This document shows, piece by piece, positions 31,386 through 40,153 of a stretch of 64,000 nt of DNA (position 1 is the stretch's first letter; each line of letters opens with the position of its first letter). The stretch comes from an uncultured Bacteroidota bacterium (lineage in GTDB: Bacteria > Bacteroidota > Bacteroidia > Flavobacteriales > TMED113): NCBI GenBank assembly GCA_902520385.1, contig CABYOB010000002.1, positions 5,842-69,841 of the forward strand. The letters run 5' to 3'. The translations under genes were made by a program, and so were the position numbers. The notes under the pieces are model-generated. The model ran no database searches, was not told where the DNA came from, and saw nothing but the letters and a program-made list of their open reading frames with translations.

Positions 31386-32057
31386 TTAATTTATCTGAAA
31401 GCAAATATAAGTTATTGGTTTATTATTTTTTAGAAATTTCTTTTCATAAAAAGTTTGAATTGATAGAAATTTATTTTTTTCAATTAAATAAGAATTATAA
31501 ATGTCATGAGAACTTTCAATAATTTTAGCCTCTATTTTTTCTAAAACACCCAAAGTATATCCATATAAAAATTGACTATCTGTTTTTAAATGCATCAACG
31601 AATCTTTTTTTAAAATACTTTTATACTTTGTCAACATATTAATAGCAGTAAGTCTTTTTTTTCTTCTTCTATATTTAATCTGAGGATCGGGGAAGGTTAT
31701 CCATATTTCTGAGACCTCATTTTTGGAAAAACAAAAGGGCAAAAATTCTATCTGTGTTCTTAAAAATCTTACATTACTCAATTTATTATCTACTGCTAAT
31801 TTCGCGCCCTTCCATATTCTAGAGCCTTTAATGTCAATGCCTATATAGTTTATATTAAGATTAGATTTAGCTAAATTTACAGTGTACTCCCCCTTACCAC
31901 AACCTAATTCTAAAACTATTGGGTTTGTGTTTTTAAACTCTTTATCCCAACTACCTTTTAATTTAAAATTATCCTTTAATAACAATTCTTTTTTAGGCTG
32001 TATAGTATTGTTAAATGTCTCTAATTCTTTGAATTTTTGTAGTTTGTTTTTAGCCAT
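31386..32057 (-). CDS. trmB: tRNA (guanine-N7)-methyltransferase
   Basis: LELGCGKG, FPDP, LKTD. Confidence 0.94.
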   Translation of the reverse strand: MAKNKLQKFKELETFNNTIQPKKELLLKDNFKLKGSWDKEFKNTNPIVLELGCGKGEYTVNLAKSNLNINYIGIDIKGSRIWKGAKLAVDNKLSNVRFLRTQIEFLPFCFSKNEVSEIWITFPDPQIKYRRRKKRLTAINMLTKYKSILKKDSLMHLKTDSQFLYGYTLGVLEKIEAKIIESSHDIYNSYLIEKNKFLSIQTFYEKKFLKNNKPITYICFQIN

Positions 32058-32457
32058 AATACTGATTGAAAAGTTGGTCGCAAAAAAGGCTTATTTGATC
32101 CCTTACCCTCCTATAAACTCTTAATTTTTCCTTTTCCGTTCCTTTTGCTAAAGTGGGGTCTATAAAAGATTGGTGCACTTGTTTTTTTACTGTTGAAATA
32201 CTTGGACAAGTTTGTCTAGCATGATCACAAACCGTAACTATTATATCAAAGTCATTTAAATTAAATACATCTATTTTTTTTGATAAATTCTTAGATATGT
32301 CAATATTTAATTCAGCCATAACCTTTACTGCAAAACGATTAATTCCATGGTTCTCTATTCCTGCGCTTCTCACAAAGCAACCAAGTTGCTTTAAAAAACC
32401 TTCTGCCATTTGACTTCTACACGAATTCCCAGTACATAAAACAAGTATTTTCTTCAT
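32050..32457 (-). CDS. arsC: Arsenate reductase, thioredoxin-coupled (LMW-PTP fold)
   Basis: CTGNSCRSQMAEG, VCDHARQTCP (resolving Cys pair), DP, RDQI. Confidence 0.85.
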   Translation of the reverse strand: MKKILVLCTGNSCRSQMAEGFLKQLGCFVRSAGIENHGINRFAVKVMAELNIDISKNLSKKIDVFNLNDFDIIVTVCDHARQTCPSISTVKKQVHQSFIDPTLAKGTEKEKLRVYRRVRDQISLFCDQLFNQYYG

Positions 32458-32526
32458 GAATATTAATTATTAATCATATATAAATAATTTCTAGATAATA
32501 TATCAATTTTTATTAAATTAAGGGTA

Positions 32527-33507
32527 ATGGATATATCTACTTTTCACAAAAAAATATTTTCGATTTCAAACACAACTGATTTTAAAAAATTAGCACTTGA
32601 GTTATTTAATTACCAAGCCAATCATAATGTTTTTTATAAAAAGTACTGTGATTTGTTAGGTTGTAAAGTAGATAAAGTGAAAAATATAACACAAATCCCA
32701 TTTTTACCAATTGAGTTTTTTAAATCGCAGAAGATAATTTGTGAAAAAATAAAACCTATTCACTATTTTTTAAGCAGTGGCACAACGTCTGAAAAAAAAA
32801 GTGTGCATTATATTAATAATTTAAATTTCTATGAAAAAAACTGCTTGGTTTGCTTTGAAAAATTCTGGGGAAAAATAAACAATTATTGTTTTTTTTGTCT
32901 AACACCAAATAAAAACGAAGCACCTAATTCATCCCTTGTTCATATGTGTAATCTTTTTATCAAAAAATCTGATCACTTGGAAAGTGGATTTTATTTAAAT
33001 GACCATGATAAATTGCTTTATTCTATAAAAAAAGTGCAAAGAAAAAATATTCCTTTTATAATATTAGGCTTGTCATTTGCCATATTAGATTTTGCTGAAA
33101 AAAATGATACTAATTTAAGCGGCGGTTATGTTATTGAAACTGGTGGTATGAAAAATAGAAAAAACGAAATGATTAGAGAAAAACTTTATCAAATTCTCAA
33201 AGAGAAGTTCAAAATAAAATCCATTCAATCTGAATACGGAATGACTGAATTATTATCTCAATCTTATTCCTTAAAAAATGGAGAATTCAAAAGCCCTCCA
33301 TGGAAAAAAATATTAATTAGAGATAAACAAAATCCTCTAAAAATAAATAACAGTTCATCTGGTGGCATTAATATAATTGATTTATGTAATACACACAGTT
33401 GTGCTTTTTTAGCAACAGAGGATTTCGGAATATTAGATAAAAATAAATTTAAGGTTCTAGGTAGACTAAAAGAGTCAGACCTAAGGGGTTGTAATACAAT
33501 GATTTAA
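32527..33507 (+). CDS. LuxE-like acyl-protein synthetase / acyl transferase
   Basis: PFLPIEFFK, SSGTT, ETGGMK, SEYGMTE, GRL...RGC. Confidence 0.8.
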   Translation: MDISTFHKKIFSISNTTDFKKLALELFNYQANHNVFYKKYCDLLGCKVDKVKNITQIPFLPIEFFKSQKIICEKIKPIHYFLSSGTTSEKKSVHYINNLNFYEKNCLVCFEKFWGKINNYCFFCLTPNKNEAPNSSLVHMCNLFIKKSDHLESGFYLNDHDKLLYSIKKVQRKNIPFIILGLSFAILDFAEKNDTNLSGGYVIETGGMKNRKNEMIREKLYQILKEKFKIKSIQSEYGMTELLSQSYSLKNGEFKSPPWKKILIRDKQNPLKINNSSSGGINIIDLCNTHSCAFLATEDFGILDKNKFKVLGRLKESDLRGCNTMI

Positions 33508-33555
33508 TTATAAAAGGCTACCTTGCTTAATTGTGATTAATTAATCACATTATTT

Positions 33556-34926
33556 TTATTTTATAATATATTTTTTTTGTACAGAGCCGTCATCGTAAAT
33601 TTCAAAAAATAAAGTATTTGTTTCTTGAAATATTTCTTTACCCATTAAATCAAATAATTTGATGCATTTAGATTGTATTGTACTTTCTTTTATTGTTAAA
33701 TCAAATTCATCACAAATTCCATCTCCATCAGAATCATTAAGACAATTTCCAGCACAGTCATAATATTGTTCTGGGTATTGACAGTTTTCTTCATCTAACA
33801 AGAGGTCAGTAAAAGATAGTGTTGTTATTTGACCAAAACCGTTCGCAGTATAAGTACCTGAAAAAGGAGGAGATGTATTCATAGACGAGTTTGTTAAATA
33901 CATTTGCCCATTATTTTTTTGAATTATAAACTCAAATTCCTCGCCAACATCAAATCCATTATCTAATCCGGCTTCTGTTCCCCAAGCAGCAATCGCTAAA
34001 GATTCATTATTCCATTGGCCTGTTCCTCCACAAACTAAATCCCCAAATGAGTTTGTGTAAAAGACACCAACGACATCACCCATTTCTAAACCAGCTGTAT
34101 TACCAACTGAAAATTCTAAAGCTATTGTCATATTTGCATCAGTATTTGTATAATTAAAAAAACCATTAGAAGCTAATGGGTCATAATTACAAGCTGTTGC
34201 ATCAACACAACCATCCATAAAAGAGTACTCACAAGAACCATCATCTATTGTCGCTTCTTGATTAAAATTATCTGCTAACGGATCTGTACAGCCATAAATA
34301 ATTGTAACACCACAAGTATTGCATTCATGAAAACCTAAATTGTTCCATACCTCATTATCTAAAACAATCCATTCTGAATCATTTTCATTAGTACCTGCTG
34401 AATTAATCCAGTCCCCACCATTACCTATATTAACATCACTTTTTCTTACTAGTGTATGATCTTTTGTTCCATTAGCTATGCCGGCAACATCCCATCCTTC
34501 TCCCGGGTCTGGCCCAACAGCACCTACAACGTCTAAAATTTGTTGATTTTCTAAATTAATCAATGCAAAAACATCATTACCGTTACTTAAATATGTAAAT
34601 TCATAATCACTATATAGTGCTATTTCTTCAGTATAATATTGACTAGATGGGTTAATAGCATTTGGATGAGAAATAACATAAACATCCCCAGGATTTATAA
34701 CTGCTCCCTCAGGAAAATAGTTCATATAATCCCACTCTCCATCCACATCACACCCGTTTGAACAACTTGGAAAACCATAATTAGTTAGATTTACAACTTG
34801 ATCTGAGTGATTATATATCTCTAAGTATTTATTGTATGATGTCCCTTCTGCATATTCTGAAAAAAATATTTGAGATTTAGCAGAAAAAGAAAATAAGAAA
34901 ATAAGAAAATAAGAAAATTGTTTCAT
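33556..34926 (-). CDS. Secreted lamin-tail-domain protein with Cys-rich repeats, an 'AAWG' module and a short T9SS-like tail
   Basis: Signal peptide; FFSEYAEGTSYNKYLEIYN...TKDHTLVRK (LTD); GCTDPLADNF repeats; DLMGK...IYDDGSVQKK tail. Confidence 0.8.
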   Translation of the reverse strand: MKQFSYFLIFLFSFSAKSQIFFSEYAEGTSYNKYLEIYNHSDQVVNLTNYGFPSCSNGCDVDGEWDYMNYFPEGAVINPGDVYVISHPNAINPSSQYYTEEIALYSDYEFTYLSNGNDVFALINLENQQILDVVGAVGPDPGEGWDVAGIANGTKDHTLVRKSDVNIGNGGDWINSAGTNENDSEWIVLDNEVWNNLGFHECNTCGVTIIYGCTDPLADNFNQEATIDDGSCEYSFMDGCVDATACNYDPLASNGFFNYTNTDANMTIALEFSVGNTAGLEMGDVVGVFYTNSFGDLVCGGTGQWNNESLAIAAWGTEAGLDNGFDVGEEFEFIIQKNNGQMYLTNSSMNTSPPFSGTYTANGFGQITTLSFTDLLLDEENCQYPEQYYDCAGNCLNDSDGDGICDEFDLTIKESTIQSKCIKLFDLMGKEIFQETNTLFFEIYDDGSVQKKYIIK

Positions 34927-34968
34927 GGCTTAAGTAATTAAAGTGCTTTAATCAAATATAAGAATCAT

Positions 34969-35604
34969 TTATAATTTTTGAGTTAAGTATACACCAAAAA
35001 TTGTTTTTTTCTTCTGAATTATTTCCTCAGAATTCTGTAATCTATAAAATATCTTTATTGTCGTTTTTTTTGAAAATCTAAAAGAACTCCCTAAACTATA
35101 TCGAAACTTATTTACATTCTCTGAGTTTAGTCCATATAAATATTCCCCATCAATAAATGGCCTAAAAAAATCATATTTATTATACTGGAAAGTATATTTA
35201 TTTCTAAAATACTGTCTGTTATAATTCGTTATATTTTGTTCAAAAAACAACCTAGACCGCCAGGAAATATTAAATTTTTGAATTTTTTTTGAATAATATG
35301 TAGTTAAATATTGTCTTTTTCCTAACCGTCTTTGATTGGGCATCTTGGTTAATCTTCCCCCTATTTCAAATGACAATTCCCCTAAATGACCTTTGTATAT
35401 ATAATGTTCTAACGATATATCTAAAAACTGTTTTGTGAAAAAAAAATTATCTAAATTATATCTTGAGCCAGGCTCTAAAGAAAAAAATAAATTTTTATTT
35501 ATCTTGTCTTTGAAGTTCATTTTTCCCCATAACTCAATCTCATTGTTTTGTGAAAAAACAAAAAAACTAAAAAATAAAGTACAATGAAAAAAAAATTTAT
35601 TCAA
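34969..35604 (-). CDS. DUF2490-like outer-membrane beta-barrel protein
   Basis: Signal peptide and alternating aromatic/Arg beta-strands (ELW..., RNK, PF..E..Y, KFRYSLG). Overlaps the DUF4956 gene. Confidence 0.65.
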   Translation of the reverse strand: MNKFFFHCTLFFSFFVFSQNNEIELWGKMNFKDKINKNLFFSLEPGSRYNLDNFFFTKQFLDISLEHYIYKGHLGELSFEIGGRLTKMPNQRRLGKRQYLTTYYSKKIQKFNISWRSRLFFEQNITNYNRQYFRNKYTFQYNKYDFFRPFIDGEYLYGLNSENVNKFRYSLGSSFRFSKKTTIKIFYRLQNSEEIIQKKKTIFGVYLTQKL

Positions 35605-36199
35605 TATAAAAGATTTTTATTTTTGCAGTATCTCGTAGTAAATCAATATTCTCTATTTCTATTTTTTCAATCTTTAAGCCCGTTCTTAGTTCTAAATCCT
35701 TAATCAGCTCAGTCCTTTTTTCAGAAGTAATCATATCGATTTTTTCATATAAAACCACTTTACTTTTTAAGGTACTTTGTAGCAACCATATTCTTTCAAA
35801 AAAATAGCTTAAACCGACAACAGCAAAATTCGCAAACAATAACTCTGAATAACTGATTTTTTTATTTGCTAAAGCATTAATGACAGATAAGCCAACAACA
35901 ACAAATAAATACGTCATCTCCTTAATTGGGATTGTTTCTGTTCTATATCTAATTATTCCAAAAATTGCAAATAAACCTAAAGCAAAACTTAATTCTAGCT
36001 TTACATTTTCTAATAGAAAACATAGGAAAAATACAACTACAGCAATTAATAAATATGTAAATACATAATTCTTGTTCTTATTAGAGGGATAATACAGCCC
36101 TAATACAATTCCCCCAACAATAAGTAAATTAAAGCTGGCCCTGATTAATAATTTTATAAAGTCTTTTTGATCAAAAAATTCTATTCCCAAAAATTCCAT
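35597..36199 (-). CDS. DUF4956 membrane protein
   Basis: LGLFAIFGIIRYRT, KEMTYLF, DLELRTG; sits next to a VTC-domain gene as usual for this family. Confidence 0.85.
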   Translation of the reverse strand: MEFLGIEFFDQKDFIKLLIRASFNLLIVGGIVLGLYYPSNKNKNYVFTYLLIAVVVFFLCFLLENVKLELSFALGLFAIFGIIRYRTETIPIKEMTYLFVVVGLSVINALANKKISYSELLFANFAVVGLSYFFERIWLLQSTLKSKVVLYEKIDMITSEKRTELIKDLELRTGLKIEKIEIENIDLLRDTAKIKIFYIE

Positions 36200-36211
36200 A
36201 GTCTTATTTTT

Positions 36212-36964
36212 TTAATTATTATTTTTTTCTAAAATGCGAAAATTTTTTTTAAACCTATTCGCTTTTAAATCTTTATTAAACAAAGATGTCCCTATACAAT
36301 ATTTACTCATACTTGAAGGGCGTATGTTGTTTTCTTTCATTAATTTATAAAAAAAAGAATTCCTATTAGTCTTTTCTTGTTTAACTTCCGCAATTACAAT
36401 ATAATTTGTTTTATCTACAATTTTTTGTTTTTCATTTTCAAATTCTAAATCAAAATCAATGGTTATTCGTTCTTTAAGTATTTTATTCACCAGTGTTATT
36501 CTTCGGAAAAAATTTTTATGACAATAAAATAACTCTCCAACCCTTTCAAGTTTACTTTTAATAAATTTTTTTTGCGTATCAGTAAGATGCGTGGAAATAC
36601 TATCTACTTTGATTCTATTTTTAATAGTCTTACCCTTTGAGTTTTTTCTTTTCACTTCTAAAAAAGAAATCTTAGAATCTATATATTCTCTAAAGCGCAC
36701 TTTAGATCTATTTAATTTCCCATTATGATGATTCAAAAAAAAATTAAAATCAATTGTGTCAAAATAAAGAGATTTATATTTTGATTTTACCGTTCCATCA
36801 ATGTTTAATAATTTATAATGATTTATTAATTGAGCAAATAGCTTTTCTAATAACTTTCTATTAAAAACAAACTTTGTGTCAACTCTTTTCATTAATGAAA
36901 CTGAGTCCATTTCTTTTAAAGATATAGGCTCAAAATTTTTAATATCGTTATCTAAAAAGTCCAA
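36212..36964 (-). CDS. VTC (polyphosphate polymerase) domain protein, CYTH/TTM superfamily
   Basis: LMKRVDTKF, SLYFDT, RSKVRFREY, FLEVK, ERITID, EVKQ, SKYCIG. TTG start. Confidence 0.87.
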   Translation of the reverse strand: MDFLDNDIKNFEPISLKEMDSVSLMKRVDTKFVFNRKLLEKLFAQLINHYKLLNIDGTVKSKYKSLYFDTIDFNFFLNHHNGKLNRSKVRFREYIDSKISFLEVKRKNSKGKTIKNRIKVDSISTHLTDTQKKFIKSKLERVGELFYCHKNFFRRITLVNKILKERITIDFDLEFENEKQKIVDKTNYIVIAEVKQEKTNRNSFFYKLMKENNIRPSSMSKYCIGTSLFNKDLKANRFKKNFRILEKNNN

Positions 36965-37008
36965 ATTAAAGTTGTATTTCTTTAATATAAATGTAATTAA
37001 AAAGTATT

Positions 37009-38583
37009 TTAAAAATTAATTAGTTCATCAATTAATTTTCCTTCAATAGTAATTACAGAAGATTTTGGCCCCCCTTTTTGTTTTGGCCAATAGCTTGTTA
37101 ATTTTTCTTTACTTGGACTTCTTTCTCCTGGATGCTGAACGCTTAAAAAAAGTGTTCTGCCATCAGGAGAAAAACATGGACCTGTGAATTCAGCATCAAC
37201 TGGTGCAGATGCTACTTGAATAATTTCTCCAGCTTGAAAGCCATTTCTAATTAAAACAAACAAACCATTATTTTTAAATGACATGTACTCTGCAGACTTA
37301 TTCATTTTGCTTCCTGAAATATCAGAAGTAAACCATAAGTTTCCAGATTTATCAAATAATAGATTATCTGGGCAAGAAAAACCAGTAGACTCTCCACCAC
37401 TAATAAGAGTTTCATAATCAAATTCTAATGAATCGTGACGTCCATCTTTTTCTTGAATCTTTAAAATGCTTCCATGCATGTCTTTCTTAGAATAATTATT
37501 AGTTAAAGCAATTACAACATGCTCATTAAAAGGATCAATTTCTATATCTTCAGGCCTATCTAGCTCAGACCCCCCTATTAATTTAGCAGATTCTCTAAGG
37601 TATGTTAAAACTTCTATTTGATTTTTAAATTTCTTTTGTAAAACTTTATGTTTTTGATAATTTATTTCTATCCATTTTTTCTTTTGCAATGAAGCTACAT
37701 ATAATTTACCATGAGTAAGATCACCCTGCGATTTTGAAATAAATTTGTATAAACAACCATTATCCATATCATCACCTGTATATACTACTATTCTATTATC
37801 TTTTAATACTTTAACAGTAGCACATTCATGAGCACATCTTCCTAAAGAAACCAATTTTCTTTTTTTTCTAGAAAATGGATCGATTTCAACTACCCACCCA
37901 TAATGTTCTGGAGGAAATGGAAAAAATTTGGTCCAACCCACATCATAAGATGCTTTATAAATTGAACCATCACTTAAATTTCTTTCGCCATAAAACATAT
38001 CATAGTTCTCTTCGCAAGTTAATATTGTTCGCCATGGTGTTATTCCACCAGAACAATTAGCTAAAGTCCCTATTGCAATTGAAGAACCTTTGATATTTAT
38101 ATTATTATCAAAAGTTATTTTATCTAGTGCACTAACTCTATGATTAAACTTGTTATTTAAATCTATCTTCCAAGTTTTAAAATTTTTATATACCCTAAAA
38201 AAGCTTCCGCCAACATTTCTCATTTCCTCTTTAACGTCTTCTAAGGTTTTTTGATTATTGGGTTTAGCAGAGAAAAATAGAGGATGTATATACTCATGAT
38301 TGACCCATAAAAAACCCTCATTAGATTTTTTTCCAGGTATAAATGCTATGTAATCATTATTAAAACCAAAAAACTCTTTTTTATTAATACTATCCTTCCA
38401 TGAAATTAAAACTTGGTATTTAAGTCCTTCAGCTAATACTACATCATCAATTTTTGAAGGAGATATCCCTTGTATTTTTTGCTGATTAATATATTGAATT
38501 GTACTTGCTTTATTAATTAATGGGGATATTGCACTAAGAGCTACACTTTTTCCTAAAAAATTCAAAAAATCCCTTCTATTCAT
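37009..38583 (-). CDS. phoX: PhoX-family alkaline phosphatase (Tat-exported)
   Basis: Tat signal MNRRDFL; NCSGG, TPW, TCEEN, GRxxHE, DRPED, PDNL, EFTGP, QHPGE. Confidence 0.92.
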   Translation of the reverse strand: MNRRDFLNFLGKSVALSAISPLINKASTIQYINQQKIQGISPSKIDDVVLAEGLKYQVLISWKDSINKKEFFGFNNDYIAFIPGKKSNEGFLWVNHEYIHPLFFSAKPNNQKTLEDVKEEMRNVGGSFFRVYKNFKTWKIDLNNKFNHRVSALDKITFDNNINIKGSSIAIGTLANCSGGITPWRTILTCEENYDMFYGERNLSDGSIYKASYDVGWTKFFPFPPEHYGWVVEIDPFSRKKRKLVSLGRCAHECATVKVLKDNRIVVYTGDDMDNGCLYKFISKSQGDLTHGKLYVASLQKKKWIEINYQKHKVLQKKFKNQIEVLTYLRESAKLIGGSELDRPEDIEIDPFNEHVVIALTNNYSKKDMHGSILKIQEKDGRHDSLEFDYETLISGGESTGFSCPDNLLFDKSGNLWFTSDISGSKMNKSAEYMSFKNNGLFVLIRNGFQAGEIIQVASAPVDAEFTGPCFSPDGRTLFLSVQHPGERSPSKEKLTSYWPKQKGGPKSSVITIEGKLIDELINF

Positions 38584-39355
38584 TTATTATAGTTTTTTTA
38601 ATAGAAAAACTGAATTTTGTTCCTGTATTTTTCGTGCTTTCTACACTTATTTGTTCTTCATGAACTTCTAGAATATGTTTCACGATAGCTAAACCTAAAC
38701 CAGTTCCCCCCTCCTCTCTTGACCTTCCTTTATCTACTCTATAAAATCTTTCAAATAATCTTGGTATATTTTGTTTTTCAATCCCTATCCCATCATCTTG
38801 TATTGTCAGGATGATATTTGTTTCATTATTTTTGATTATACCTTTAACAAATCCCCCTTCTCTCCCATATTTAATAGCATTTGATACTAAATTATATAAC
38901 ACTTGGCTTATTTGATTTCTATCAGCATAAACCATGATAGATCTTTTTCTTTTGGGTAATATTAATTCTATATTTTTTTTTTTAGTTTTAACTTCAAATG
39001 TCTCGAAAATCTCACTCATTAATTCTAAAATATCCCAACTTGTCTTTTCTAATTTTAATTCATCAGATTCTAGTCTTGAAATAGAGTCTAAATCATCAAT
39101 GATAGCAATTAATCTATCTATACTTTTACTTGTTCTTTGTAAATATTTTATGTTTACATTATCATCATTTAGGGCCCCGTCTAATAAAGTGTGAACATAC
39201 CCCTGAATATTAAAAATTGGCGTTTTTAACTCATGAGAAACATTACCTAAAAATTCTCTTCTATACTTAGCAGCACGTTTCAAATCTTGAATTTGCTGCT
39301 GCTTTATTTGTTTAATTATATAATGTTTCTTTTTTCTTTTTTTATCGCTTTTCAT
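38576..39355 (-). CDS. PhoR-like histidine kinase lacking transmembrane/sensor region
   Basis: VSHELKTP H-box, NAIKY, DDGIG, FERFYRVDK, GTGLGL. An in-frame TAA sits immediately before the ATG and there is no hydrophobic helix. Confidence 0.85.
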   Translation of the reverse strand: MKSDKKRKKKHYIIKQIKQQQIQDLKRAAKYRREFLGNVSHELKTPIFNIQGYVHTLLDGALNDDNVNIKYLQRTSKSIDRLIAIIDDLDSISRLESDELKLEKTSWDILELMSEIFETFEVKTKKKNIELILPKRKRSIMVYADRNQISQVLYNLVSNAIKYGREGGFVKGIIKNNETNIILTIQDDGIGIEKQNIPRLFERFYRVDKGRSREEGGTGLGLAIVKHILEVHEEQISVESTKNTGTKFSFSIKKTIINE

Positions 39356-39396
39356 TTACAAAAAATAGTAATTATTGTAACCTATTTATTCCATTT

Positions 39397-40059
39397 TTAA
39401 AATTCAAATTTATAGCCAAAACCCTTTATCGTTTTAATTTTTTCAGAAGACACTTTTTCTCTAAGTTTTTTAATATGCACATCAATTGTTCTATCACCAA
39501 CAATAACATCTCGCCCCCAAACTAAATTTAATATCTCATCTCTTCTAAAAACTTTTCCTGGCTTGGATGTTAACAGCTTAAGCAATAAAAACTCTTTTTT
39601 TCTTAAATTTTTTTTTATACCATCAATAGAAACCTCCATACTTTCAAAATTAATTTTAATATTGTCAAATTTTTGAATTTTTTCTTTATTGATTCGACGC
39701 AAAACTGCTTGAATTCTACTTAAAAAAACTTTTGGTTTAATTGGTTTATATATATAATCATCAGCCCCAGCTTCAAAGGCAGCAATTTCAGAAAAATCTT
39801 CATTTCTAGCAGTTAAAAAAACTACTAATGATTCTTTTAAGTTTTCTTTTTTTCTGAGTAATCTACAAGTTTCAACACCATTTATTCCTCCCATCATAAT
39901 ATCTAATATTATTAAATCTGGTGAAAAATTTTCAGTTATCTTAATTGCCTCTTCCCCACTATTACAAAGTGTAACTTTATATCCTTCATTTCTAAGATTA
40001 TACCCTAAAAATTCTAGTATATCTTTTTCATCATCAACTATTAAAATACTTTGTGACAT
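39397..40059 (-). CDS. PhoP/PhoB-like OmpR-family response regulator
   Basis: REC domain (VDDE, LDIMM, FLTA, KP) plus winged helix (VWG, RTIDVHI, GFGYK); upstream of phoR-phoX. Confidence 0.88.
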   Translation of the reverse strand: MSQSILIVDDEKDILEFLGYNLRNEGYKVTLCNSGEEAIKITENFSPDLIILDIMMGGINGVETCRLLRKKENLKESLVVFLTARNEDFSEIAAFEAGADDYIYKPIKPKVFLSRIQAVLRRINKEKIQKFDNIKINFESMEVSIDGIKKNLRKKEFLLLKLLTSKPGKVFRRDEILNLVWGRDVIVGDRTIDVHIKKLREKVSSEKIKTIKGFGYKFEF

Positions 40060-40100
40060 CTATTAATTTCCTTTGATTTAGCAATTTAATCATTTAATTA

Positions 40101-40135
40101 TATAAAAAGCCCTGAAAAATTCAGGGCTTTTTATA
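40101..40135. terminator. Intrinsic terminator downstream of the 2310-aa gene
   Basis: TATAAAAAGCCCTGAA-AAA-TTCAGGGCTTTTTATA hairpin. Confidence 0.88.
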
Positions 40136-40153
40136 ATATAGTTTTATTTATAA

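Noticed and set aside
32527..33507. LuxE-like gene as evidence of bioluminescence
   Set aside because: No luxA/B/C/D in the window; stand-alone LuxE-like genes are common in Bacteroidota.
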